Source: a virus
Taxonomy: Duplodnaviria; Caudoviricetes
Virus record (IMG/VR): IMGVR_UViG_3300033070_001371
Coordinates: 55,216-119,215 of that record
Reading direction: 5' to 3' (one strand)
DNA: 64,000 nt
The number at the start of each line of letters is the position of its first letter. The first letter of the stretch is position 1. Below, piece by piece: positions 40,439-48,549 of the stretch. The translations under genes were made by a program, and so were the position numbers. A model generated the notes under the pieces. The model was not told where the DNA came from. It made no database searches and was given only the letters and a program-made list of their open reading frames with translations.

Positions 40439-40665
40439 CACGCTCCCTCCGGCTGAACGGCTGTCGTGCGCGAGCAGTTCGGGCACTGCGGGTGCAGTGC
40501 CTTAGACTCGACGCAGAACACGACGTTCTCTTCGGGCGCGCAGCTCGCGGTGAAGACGTAGTTGCAGGCGCAGCGCACCTGCTGGCACTCGCCGTCATCC
40601 TGGATGACGGTGAAGAGTGGCGCGGGCGCGCGGACGGGACCGGTGAAGTCGTTGGCGGTGAACAT
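40438..40665 (-). CDS. Small Cys-rich (Zn-ribbon) protein
   Basis: CAC...CPNC; TAAACT 6 nt before ATG. Confidence 0.55.
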   Translation of the reverse strand: MFTANDFTGPVRAPAPLFTVIQDDGECQQVRCACNYVFTASCAPEENVVFCVESKALHPQCPNCSRTTAVQPEGA

Positions 40666-40671
40666 GGAGAC

Positions 40672-40693
40672 AGTTTACCGCGTACGGTAAACT
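40672..40693. promoter_or_regulatory. Extended palindromic site overlapping a TAAACT -10-like box
   Basis: AGTTTACCG-CGTA-CGGTAAACT perfect inverted repeat; near-identical inverted copy at 47835-47855. Confidence 0.65.
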
Positions 40694-40703
40694 ACCGCAA
40701 GTT

Positions 40704-41192
40704 TCAGCCGTGGCTGCGCGAGGTGTTAAGGTAGCCAGAGCTGAGGCCGCCCCAGGCCGCCTCCATGTTGCGCTGCGTCTTCACGGCGCGGGTCATCGTG
40801 AGAAACTGGTTGCGCATCCAGTCGGCCCACTGCTGGTAGAGGGCCTGCTTGTCGTCGATACCGATCGGCTGGACGTTGCCGTCTTGCACCGTGGCTTGAT
40901 TGCGAAGTTGACGGATACCTTCGGAGATCATCAGGTGCGAGATTGCGCCGTAGAGGATCAACGGACGTGGAATAGCCGCCATGCCGAGGTTCGTCATGGG
41001 CGTCATGACGTTGTAGAGGTCAACCGCGTGCCCGAGCGCGGCGTCGATGTCTGCGTCCGAGAATTCCACGGTGTCGAGGAGGACGTTCAGGACGCCCGTG
41101 TCCTTGACCGGACCCGGATAGTCGCGCATGAAGCGCCGGACCTCAGCGCGCGTGGGGATCGTGGACGAAACCGGGTAGCCGATGACAGGCAT
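40704..41192 (-). CDS. Putative neck/head-tail adaptor protein
   Basis: EFSDADI..AL...YN..TP and NQATVQDG..GIDDK..LY pattern of myovirus adaptors. Confidence 0.55.
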   Translation of the reverse strand: MPVIGYPVSSTIPTRAEVRRFMRDYPGPVKDTGVLNVLLDTVEFSDADIDAALGHAVDLYNVMTPMTNLGMAAIPRPLILYGAISHLMISEGIRQLRNQATVQDGNVQPIGIDDKQALYQQWADWMRNQFLTMTRAVKTQRNMEAAWGGLSSGYLNTSRSHG

Positions 41193-41204
41193 ACCCCAAG
41201 AGTA

Positions 41205-41642
41205 CTACCCGCCGTAACTTGCGTCGAAGTCCTCAGATGATGGCGCATGCTGTGGCTGTGTCGCGCGATTCAGGAGGTGCCGCCCAGCGCCGTAGATCGC
41301 GAGACCACCGAGCCCAAGCCCGAGCCCGTGAAGGCCGAGACCCTTCAGCGCGGTGTTGCGCGCCGTGCGGTAGCGCTCAGCCATCGGCTCAGCGCTGGCG
41401 AGGGCAGAGTCGCGCGCGGCGTTCGCCAATCGGCGCCGACGGAGCGCGATCTCGACATCGTCCAGCAAGCCGCTCGTCTTGGGTGACGGCGGGGGCGCAG
41501 CCGTCGTCGGCGCGACAGATGGCGCCGGAGGCAGTGCGGGCGCCCCAGGGGCGTTGTTTCGCGGCGTGATAGAGGTCGGCGACTGAGCGGCGTAGCCGAG
41601 CTGCTCGTTGGCAGACTTCAGGAGATACACGTAGGAATTCAT
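41205..41642 (-). CDS. Glycine-zipper protein
   Basis: GAGG SD; LKSAN, PKTSG; GLGLHGLGLGLGGLAIYGAG. Confidence 0.6.
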   Translation of the reverse strand: MNSYVYLLKSANEQLGYAAQSPTSITPRNNAPGAPALPPAPSVAPTTAAPPPSPKTSGLLDDVEIALRRRRLANAARDSALASAEPMAERYRTARNTALKGLGLHGLGLGLGGLAIYGAGRHLLNRATQPQHAPSSEDFDASYGG

Positions 41643-41647
41643 GGTCC

Positions 41648-42508
41648 TCAAGCGTACGGGAACTCGGCGGCCCGCATCACGTCTAGGTTGAAGAAACCCG
41701 CGAGCGGTGCGCTCGTAGTCACGAGGATGCCCTGCCCGGGATGGATCAACTGTTTCACGTCGGTGTACGCAATGTCGACCGCGCTAGGAGTCAGACCACC
41801 GAAGACAAAGAGGTTGACCGCTTCACTGAGGATCGGCGTCAGATCAGGCTCCAGTCGCACGCGCGCAAGCGAGACCGTAAACGGACCTGGCAGCAACACG
41901 CTGAAGCGAGCAGAGAAGCCAAGAATCCACATTGGAAACGGGTTCTCCAGCTGCACGAAACCAGCGTTGCCGTTAGTCGGAACGGTCCAGAGAAACTGTG
42001 ACCCAATTCGTGTTGGGTCAGCCCCTCCAGTGAACGTCAACGGTCCGATCGCCGCGACAACAGTGCCTCCAGTGCCCCCTGCGCGCGCCGCGATGGCGAA
42101 GCCGGGCGAACTGTACGCGGTAAAGGCGTTGATCGCGTCCGCAACCTCTGCGGCGGTTGCGAGTACTGCGACGTTACTTCGGCGCAACAGTACACGGATC
42201 GCCGCGCCTACCTGCGTGACCGTAGTCGCGCTCACCGGCACACCTGCGCCCGCGTCGACGTACTCCACGGTCAGCGCGTTGGACGCGGTGCCGTAGAGCT
42301 TCGAAGCGAGGTAAACAATCGCGTTAGGCCCAAGGCCAGGATCGACCGTCAGACGCGCGCGACCATACTCAGTGCCATCAAAGGCACCGGAGCCGGACAC
42401 CGCGTACTGAACGAGAAACTTGTGGCCGATAGCGCTCGGATACATCTCGAAGACAAAGTGTAGCGAAGCTAGAACTTGGGCATCGCCCAACGCTGCCGCC
42501 TCGCTCAA
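41648..42508 (-). CDS. Virion structural protein (paralog of 44326-45096)
   Basis: Shared motifs G.ARL, VDAGAG, V.LRR, ATA.EV.DAIN, TGG.DP, N.N.G. Confidence 0.65.
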   Translation of the reverse strand: MSEAAALGDAQVLASLHFVFEMYPSAIGHKFLVQYAVSGSGAFDGTEYGRARLTVDPGLGPNAIVYLASKLYGTASNALTVEYVDAGAGVPVSATTVTQVGAAIRVLLRRSNVAVLATAAEVADAINAFTAYSSPGFAIAARAGGTGGTVVAAIGPLTFTGGADPTRIGSQFLWTVPTNGNAGFVQLENPFPMWILGFSARFSVLLPGPFTVSLARVRLEPDLTPILSEAVNLFVFGGLTPSAVDIAYTDVKQLIHPGQGILVTTSAPLAGFFNLDVMRAAEFPYA

Positions 42509-43119
42509 TCTTCAGAGGATGAACCAGAACCTCCGGGCTTCAGCGGACGCTGCGCAGGCAGCGCCGTATAACTCTCTCCAGTGAGTCCTCCGCTGAACTT
42601 ACGCCCCGTCATGGTTTGGAGCGAGCCCTCCATGCGCGCGAGCTTGGCGAGGACCTGCGAACTGAGCTCACGGTGCTCCTTGTCGCGGTGCTCCTGCGCC
42701 TCCTGAAACTTATCAAACTTGGTTGCCATGCCGTCGATCTTCTTGGCGAGATCAGCTTCCAACGCCGTGACCTTCGTTGTAATGTCCGTGTGAATCACGC
42801 CGTCATCGCGCCGCACTTCGTTGTCGATGACACCTTTGACGAATTCAGTGCGGATCTTGATCTGCTCAGGAGCATTGTGCCACGCCTGAACGACGGTGTT
42901 GATCTCGTCCCAACGCTTCTTGACGTTGTCCGGCTCTGCATTCATCGACACAATGAGGTCTTTAACCAGAGGTTTGCCTGTCTTGTCCCAGAACCCTCGA
43001 ACCATCAGCAAGAAGAGGACCCAGAGCACGCCGCCTGCGACGAACACTGCGGCCAGCCAACCGCCGACCATCTGCACAGTGATGTCAGCCAGCAAAACAA
43101 GCATGTGCGTTGCAGACAT
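42505..43119 (-). CDS. Membrane-anchored coiled-coil protein (possible lysis accessory)
   Basis: N-terminal transmembrane helix, then coiled coil; TACCTT 6 nt before ATG. Confidence 0.6.
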   Translation of the reverse strand: MSATHMLVLLADITVQMVGGWLAAVFVAGGVLWVLFLLMVRGFWDKTGKPLVKDLIVSMNAEPDNVKKRWDEINTVVQAWHNAPEQIKIRTEFVKGVIDNEVRRDDGVIHTDITTKVTALEADLAKKIDGMATKFDKFQEAQEHRDKEHRELSSQVLAKLARMEGSLQTMTGRKFSGGLTGESYTALPAQRPLKPGGSGSSSED

Positions 43120-43426
43120 ATCGGAAAGGTAGCGGGCAGCGCACGGACTTTTCAACAGGAAAGCGGGGCCCTTACTGCCCAGTGACTTGACGCCGTAAAG
43201 ACTGCCAAGTAAGCTGACCTCACTTTTGTCAGTGGCCTGTAGTTGCGCCGCACGACGCAGCCTCGACGACAATCAGAGCGGGAGAGTGGGCCTACAACCC
43301 CGTGAGCGCGACTGATCCGCGTAGACGTCCCAACCCCTGGGAACTGTGATCAGCGGGGTGACAGTCGGGATAGACCGGCAAGCTGCATACTTAGACAAGT
43401 CGCCCGAACGTGGTAGCTTCGTCGGC

Positions 43427-43945
43427 ATGAGCAACGCCAACGAGATCGACCCATCCCAAATCCAGCCGTTCGAGGTTCAGAACGCGCTGGTATTCATCGG
43501 CGGACCCCAGTACGACAGCGCGGGCCAGAACGCGGTCTTCGGCATGGTCACGGGCTGCCGCTCCTTCTCCCCGGGCCTGGAACGCGGCATCGAGATCCGC
43601 CGCGTCCTGACACGCGCGCCGCGCATGGAGACGCAGCTAAAGACGTTCGTCGAGAACTTGCACCGCAGCTCGCTTGGCGGCCTCGGACAAGAGCGCCTCT
43701 TCGGCATCGGGTGGGCGTTCCGCGACCAGATCGGCTGGGGGCTGGGGGTCTACTACCAGGACTGTCGCCTCGTGCGATCGTACCTGGAGACGAGCGGCGT
43801 GCTGCCCGTCGCTGAGGACGTGCTCGTCGTCTCGTACGAAAACGAGACCGACATCACCGAGCACCTCCAGCGCCGCGTGCGCGTCGCAATGCCTGGGGAC
43901 ATGCCAAAGGGTCCGCCCAGCAGCGGACGCGTCACACTCGGGTGA
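43427..43945 (+). CDS. Hypothetical protein, possibly a diverged tail-tube paralog
   Basis: ALVFIGGP and FGIGWAFRDQ...VYYQDC loosely match tube LLLAGP and FGMAVIMRT...CYLELC. Confidence 0.5.
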   Translation: MSNANEIDPSQIQPFEVQNALVFIGGPQYDSAGQNAVFGMVTGCRSFSPGLERGIEIRRVLTRAPRMETQLKTFVENLHRSSLGGLGQERLFGIGWAFRDQIGWGLGVYYQDCRLVRSYLETSGVLPVAEDVLVVSYENETDITEHLQRRVRVAMPGDMPKGPPSSGRVTLG

Positions 43946-43954
43946 CAAACCTCG

Positions 43955-44350
43955 TCAGGCGCGGACGCGTCGGCGTCTTTCGTCCTCGCGAATCGCGTGA
44001 CAATTTGCACACACGACCTCGCACTTCTTCAATTCTTGCAATACAACCCGCAGAGGGATCGCCCCGCAGCGCGCCTCACTGAGATTGAAGCGCTTGTGTG
44101 TGCCTGGGAGATGATCGAACTGCATGCAACAGATCGGGAGCACCTGTTTGCATCGCGCACAGGGTTGCTGTTTCGCACGATCCAGCAACGCCCGTATGGC
44201 TGCTTTATGTGTGCGCTGTGCGTGAGGGGCTTGACGCGACAGTGAAGTGTTTCGTTCCCGATGTCGAACAGGCACGCTTAAGCGTAAGTACTTTACGGGG
44301 TACACGCAGGAACCTACACTTAGGCATGTACTACCTGGAGAACGGATCAT
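43955..44350 (-). CDS. HNH endonuclease (start uncertain)
   Basis: CARC...FDH...KCEVVCANCH. Confidence 0.75.
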   Translation of the reverse strand: MIRSPGSTCLSVGSCVYPVKYLRLSVPVRHRERNTSLSRQAPHAQRTHKAAIRALLDRAKQQPCARCKQVLPICCMQFDHLPGTHKRFNLSEARCGAIPLRVVLQELKKCEVVCANCHAIREDERRRRVRA

Positions 44351-45096
44351 CTGTAGCGATCCAACACGTCCTCACGGGGTCCGGCACTGCAAACGGCTCC
44401 CCTCTCGGCTACGCCCGTCTTCTCTATAGTGTCGGAGGCGTACAGATTCGTTTCCGTGCTCGGCGGTTTGGATTGGCAGGCAATGATCTGAAAGTCGCAC
44501 TCGTTGACGTCGGAGCTGGATTGATCATCCCGTCTACGTCGGTCAAACTGCTGGCAGATGGAGTGACGACGCAAGTCATTCTGCGCCGTAATGGCGGCGG
44601 CATCACTGCGACAGCGCAAGAAGTTTGCGACGCAATCAACAACTACCTACCTCACAAACCGTTGCCTGTGCTCGCGGACATTGTTGCAGCAGGCACCCTT
44701 ACGGCAGGGCTTGCTGCAACAAACTTGACCGGAGGCCTCGACCCTCTCAGCGCCAAAGGAGGACTTTATCGTTTCGCTCCAGCTGCGAACGTCAACGGAG
44801 GCTTGTTTTTCTTCGAACAGAGCCGACCTTGGTACGTCGAAACAATCGAAGGGGCCTTCGATGGCGCAGCCACTCCTCTGAGCATCGAAGTCCGTGTGAC
44901 CAACGTCACAGAAGCCCTCGATGCGCGAAGCGGCGAAAGCGTAGTGAACTTTGCTGCGTCGCTGACAACGGCGCCTCTTCACTTCTCCTTGACAGACTTG
45001 CGTCTTCCTCTACTCCCAAATCAAGCCATCATCGTGACAGTGAACGCCGCCGGCGTTGTTCGCTGCACTGCGCGACCCTCCAGCGGCTGGAGCTGA
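44326..45096 (+). CDS. Virion structural protein (paralog of 41648-42508)
   Basis: GYARL, VDVGAG, VILRR, ATAQEVCDAIN, TGGLDP; TACACT 5 nt before ATG. Confidence 0.65.
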   Translation: MYYLENGSSVAIQHVLTGSGTANGSPLGYARLLYSVGGVQIRFRARRFGLAGNDLKVALVDVGAGLIIPSTSVKLLADGVTTQVILRRNGGGITATAQEVCDAINNYLPHKPLPVLADIVAAGTLTAGLAATNLTGGLDPLSAKGGLYRFAPAANVNGGLFFFEQSRPWYVETIEGAFDGAATPLSIEVRVTNVTEALDARSGESVVNFAASLTTAPLHFSLTDLRLPLLPNQAIIVTVNAAGVVRCTARPSSGWS

Positions 45097-46731
45097 TCAA
45101 GGGAAGTACGTCGTGTCGTTCAAGTTCCCCATCTGAACAGGCATGAGTGTCCGCAAGTAACGAACAGCCGCGTGATAGCCGCGATTTCGCGCGCGGATCA
45201 AGTACTGCATCGTACCGTTCGTTGTCGTACCGGTAATCGGCTCATTCAACAGAGCGACACCAGGGCCAGACTGCGCCGCCCCCAAGGCGCTCGTACGAAT
45301 GTACTCGTTCATCCGAACGAATTCATCTACGTAGTCTCGTTCTGCCGGCCGCGACAAATCGTTCACACCAAGAAACCAGGAAACAATACTGGTTGAGTTA
45401 TAGGCCTTGCCTGCCCCCCACCAATTATCGATCGTTGTCCCGCTAGGTGTTCTTTGCGAGTGGCCCGGAGAACCTCCGTTCGTACGCGTGACGTAGCCAC
45501 TTCGTGCAAAGTGAAACTTCCAAGCAGTTCCAGTCCCGTCGTCCACAGGCCCCACTGCTTGTCGCGTATAAGGGAAGCTCCCTGCTTGTACAACAGTGCG
45601 CATGTCGTTCACACCGAGAGTGACGCCCGTGATCCCGGCACCCGCCGGACGAGAGTCCCCGATTACGCCAACCCTCGCCAGCGGAAATGGCACTCCGAGC
45701 TCTGTGGCTACGCCTGCCTCCAAAACACGAAGCGCTTTGCCTGCGATGTCGTGATACGTCACATCCCCATGCGTGCCGTCTCCGAGGTGCGTGCTGGTGA
45801 TCGGCGTATCCACCGCAAACGGCAAAAAAGGAACTGTCGTTGCATCAACCCAAGTCGCTTCCAACTTCGCGAAGTCTGCGTCCGTCGTTGAACCCGCCAC
45901 GCAAGCCAACGCCGCATAAATGCGCGAAGAAGTGAATGTTGAAAGATCCGCCTTCCCGCCAAGCGTCAAGCCGTAATCTGAATCTCCAGCGTCGACTGTC
46001 CCTGTAGATGTCCCAGTTGCCGTGTACGTGGCTCCCGGGTCACCGGGCCAGCGCGGCGCCCGAACAAACTTTACGGCGTAACTTCGGTTCGAACGGTGGA
46101 TGAGTGAAGCGAACACCACATCACCTGGACGGGCCCAACCGGCCGGTGTCGATACGTTCAAGTGAACAACACCCGGACGGCTAGTCACGGCCCAAGACAG
46201 AGTCGCAGAAGAAGCGAGCCCCAAACTGGTGCCGTAGAGGCTCACCGCGTTCATGTTGCTAGTGCCAATTGTCCACGTACCCAAAACTTGTCCATCAGAC
46301 AACACGCTACAAAGGACCGCAATTGCGACTCCAGGCGCATGCAGCACTTTCGCCCGAGTCAACGCGCCAGCGGTCTCGTCTCTTGCGTACGAAGACGCAG
46401 CAGCATTGAACGCCAACGCCGGTTGGCCGTTGAACTCCCAGTGCCGCAAGTAGCCTTCTGGTTGGCGTGACGCCGTCGCATGCGTGTTCAAACCCCAACC
46501 ATTACTCGAACGGTCCGCGATGGAGGACAGAGGCCCTTCAAGCCTCGAACGATTGTCGTAGTAAAATAGCGTCGAAGGGATCGAGTCTGGTACCCAATCA
46601 GGTGTGCTCACGTACGGAGGAAACCGTCCCTGCTCTACCGTCAGTGTATTCCGCAAATACGAAAACGAATCCGCCAATCTGTACGCACGAGCAGAGCCAG
46701 TCGAAGACGAGAGCAGAGGAAAGCGGCGCAT
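45097..46731 (-). CDS. Tail appendage protein: lectin/LamG-like region + C-terminal SGNH-hydrolase-like domain
   Basis: VIGDS, HFARSG, LGVND blocks; TATACT 5 nt before ATG; lower GC than the core genes. Confidence 0.6.
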   Translation of the reverse strand: MRRFPLLSSSTGSARAYRLADSFSYLRNTLTVEQGRFPPYVSTPDWVPDSIPSTLFYYDNRSRLEGPLSSIADRSSNGWGLNTHATASRQPEGYLRHWEFNGQPALAFNAAASSYARDETAGALTRAKVLHAPGVAIAVLCSVLSDGQVLGTWTIGTSNMNAVSLYGTSLGLASSATLSWAVTSRPGVVHLNVSTPAGWARPGDVVFASLIHRSNRSYAVKFVRAPRWPGDPGATYTATGTSTGTVDAGDSDYGLTLGGKADLSTFTSSRIYAALACVAGSTTDADFAKLEATWVDATTVPFLPFAVDTPITSTHLGDGTHGDVTYHDIAGKALRVLEAGVATELGVPFPLARVGVIGDSRPAGAGITGVTLGVNDMRTVVQAGSFPYTRQAVGPVDDGTGTAWKFHFARSGYVTRTNGGSPGHSQRTPSGTTIDNWWGAGKAYNSTSIVSWFLGVNDLSRPAERDYVDEFVRMNEYIRTSALGAAQSGPGVALLNEPITGTTTNGTMQYLIRARNRGYHAAVRYLRTLMPVQMGNLNDTTYFP

Positions 46732-46844
46732 ACACAAGTATAGGGTTTTAGCCAAAAAAACGGGCAGCGCCCCCTCGAACACCCAAAGAAACAGCGCCGC
46801 CTAGACCCCGCGCACGGAGCTGAGGCGTGTCCAACGCTCACGCT

Positions 46845-47180
46845 TCAGATGACATGAACCACCCGCAGCGCCAACAGCGGGCCTGAAACCGCGAGTAGGA
46901 GCGCGAGCACCTTGGTCAAGTACCACTTGGTCTGCAACGTGAACATCACGATGCTGACGGCGCCGCTGGAACCGAGCCAGACCGCAAGAAGCACAGGATG
47001 CGGATGACCCACGCCGCCTGCGTACAACAACGGCACGATGCTGATCACGCTGAGCGCCGCACAAACCCACTGCAAAATCTGAGCTCGATTGAAGTCGGCC
47101 GCAACGGGGTCGAGCACACGGTAGAAGCGCACCGCGACGAGGATGAAGAAGAAGGCGAAGGCTGCCATCGCGTAGAGCAT
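46845..47180 (-). CDS. Small multi-pass membrane protein
   Basis: AGGAG SD; about 4 hydrophobic helices. Confidence 0.6.
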   Translation of the reverse strand: MLYAMAAFAFFFILVAVRFYRVLDPVAADFNRAQILQWVCAALSVISIVPLLYAGGVGHPHPVLLAVWLGSSGAVSIVMFTLQTKWYLTKVLALLLAVSGPLLALRVVHVI

Positions 47181-47199
47181 ATTGAACTCCTGGATGTTG

Positions 47200-47244
47200 A
47201 AAAGCCGACGGCCGCCCCGAGCACCATGCCCGAGGCGGCCGTCG
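47200..47244 (-). terminator. Rho-independent terminator downstream of tmRNA
   Basis: CGACGGCCGCCTCGGGCA-TGG-TGCTCGGGGCGGCCGTCG followed by GCTTTT. Confidence 0.7.
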
Positions 47245-47266
47245 ATCCCATCGAAGCGAACGAAGG

Positions 47267-47610
47267 GGTGGAAGCGCCGGGAATCGAACCCGGGTCCGCG
47301 AAGCGTTCGATCGGACGTCTACGTCACCTGTCCCGCGTGTCTCTTCTCCCTCCGAGCATCCCCACGGGCAGGGTCTCGTCTGGTTTGGTGCTGAGTGTCT
47401 CGCCTGCGTAGGCTGCACCGCCCGCGCTCGCTATCCCGGTTTGTTGACGCCCCTGCCGGAAGATCCAGGAGTACCTCCGGCGGGACGGTCACGCAGCGAG
47501 CTGCTGCGGGACGGACGCGTTGTCGTTCGCGTTTCTACGTAGACCGTGAGGTGGTCTATTCCTATGACGCAATCTCGACCTAGTTCTCCACGTCGAAGCC
47601 TTTCGCTCCC
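47267..47610 (-). ncRNA. ssrA: tmRNA; tag ANDNASVPQQLAA* at 47530-47489
   Basis: 5' GGGAGCGAAAGGCTTCGAC pairs with 3' CGCTTCC-A including a G3:U wobble; T-arm CCGGGTTCGATTCCCGG; canonical ANDN...LAA tag. Confidence 0.95.
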
Positions 47611-47615
47611 GTAAA

Positions 47616-47831
47616 TCAGTCCCGCACTTCTGCCACGTAACCCTGCCGCAAGCAAGCAAACTTCAGGAAGTCAGGATTGGAGGCCTCGACTTCGACGAAG
47701 CCCTCCGTGTTGATGTCGACGTCTCCATTCGGGAGACGCTTCAGCGCATATGTGCCGCCAGGGAGCGCCTTGATAGTTGCGTCAGTAGCGTTGGCTGCGT
47801 CGGGATGAGTGTTGTGCAGTTTGACCTTCAT
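47616..47831 (-). CDS. Small hypothetical protein
   Basis: ORF directly upstream of tmRNA, preceded by an extended copy of the palindromic motif. Confidence 0.6.
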   Translation of the reverse strand: MKVKLHNTHPDAANATDATIKALPGGTYALKRLPNGDVDINTEGFVEVEASNPDFLKFACLRQGYVAEVRD

Positions 47832-47868
47832 GGAACTTACCGTACGCGGTAAAGTCCAGGAAGGTCAA

Positions 47869-48549
47869 TCAAGCGGCAGCAAGTTCGCGCGCGTCGCGCT
47901 CGGGAAGCTCCTCAGCCGACTTCGCGGCCTCAGAGCTGCCGAGCGCGGCTTCGAGCATCGCTTTCTCCTCGTCGTAGCCGTAATAGCCCCAACAAGACTC
48001 GCTCGGCGTCAGTCTACTGAGGCGGTCTTCGTTCAAGTTCACGTTCTCGTAGAGCTGCCAACCGAAGACGGCGCCCGAGATGTAGTGGTCTTGAACTTTG
48101 ATCTCCGACTCCAAGACCTCATCGGCTTTTTCAATTGCGCGCTTTGTCGCACGTTTGTAGCCCAAGGCGTTGAGCCCTTCGCGCGGGTACCAGATCAAGC
48201 CAACTTGACCTGAATCCCAGCGGTCTCTGAAGTCGCTAAGAGACAACCGAAGCCCGCTGTGATCGAGCAAGAACACGCTGCGCACAGTGACTGCTTTGTG
48301 TTCTTTGTAAAGAGCGTCCGCAATGGCTCCCCAACTCTCGTGCTTGCTCGGGTCGAACAAGTCTTTGTCGAAGCGTGTGTTGAAACGCTTCACGGTGTCG
48401 GGATCACCTAACTTGTTGTAGTTCCGATGCCAGCACCACAAGATTCCGCTCTGATCCCAGTGCCCGCGCGGGTCGAGCGGGTCGATGTCGTAAGACAGGA
48501 CCACCACTTTGTTCTCGTGGCGGAAAATCTTGTAGATGTCATCGCGCAT
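47869..48549 (-). CDS. Hypothetical protein
   Basis: GGAG SD; DHSGLRLS...WDSGQVG motif seen in mobile-element proteins. Confidence 0.65.
   Translation of the reverse strand: MRDDIYKIFRHENKVVVLSYDIDPLDPRGHWDQSGILWCWHRNYNKLGDPDTVKRFNTRFDKDLFDPSKHESWGAIADALYKEHKAVTVRSVFLLDHSGLRLSLSDFRDRWDSGQVGLIWYPREGLNALGYKRATKRAIEKADEVLESEIKVQDHYISGAVFGWQLYENVNLNEDRLSRLTPSESCWGYYGYDEEKAMLEAALGSSEAAKSAEELPERDARELAAA

Noticed and set aside
43310-43380. Hammerhead ribozyme
   Set aside because: CTGATCC does not match the CUGAnGA core and no GAAA counterpart is correctly placed
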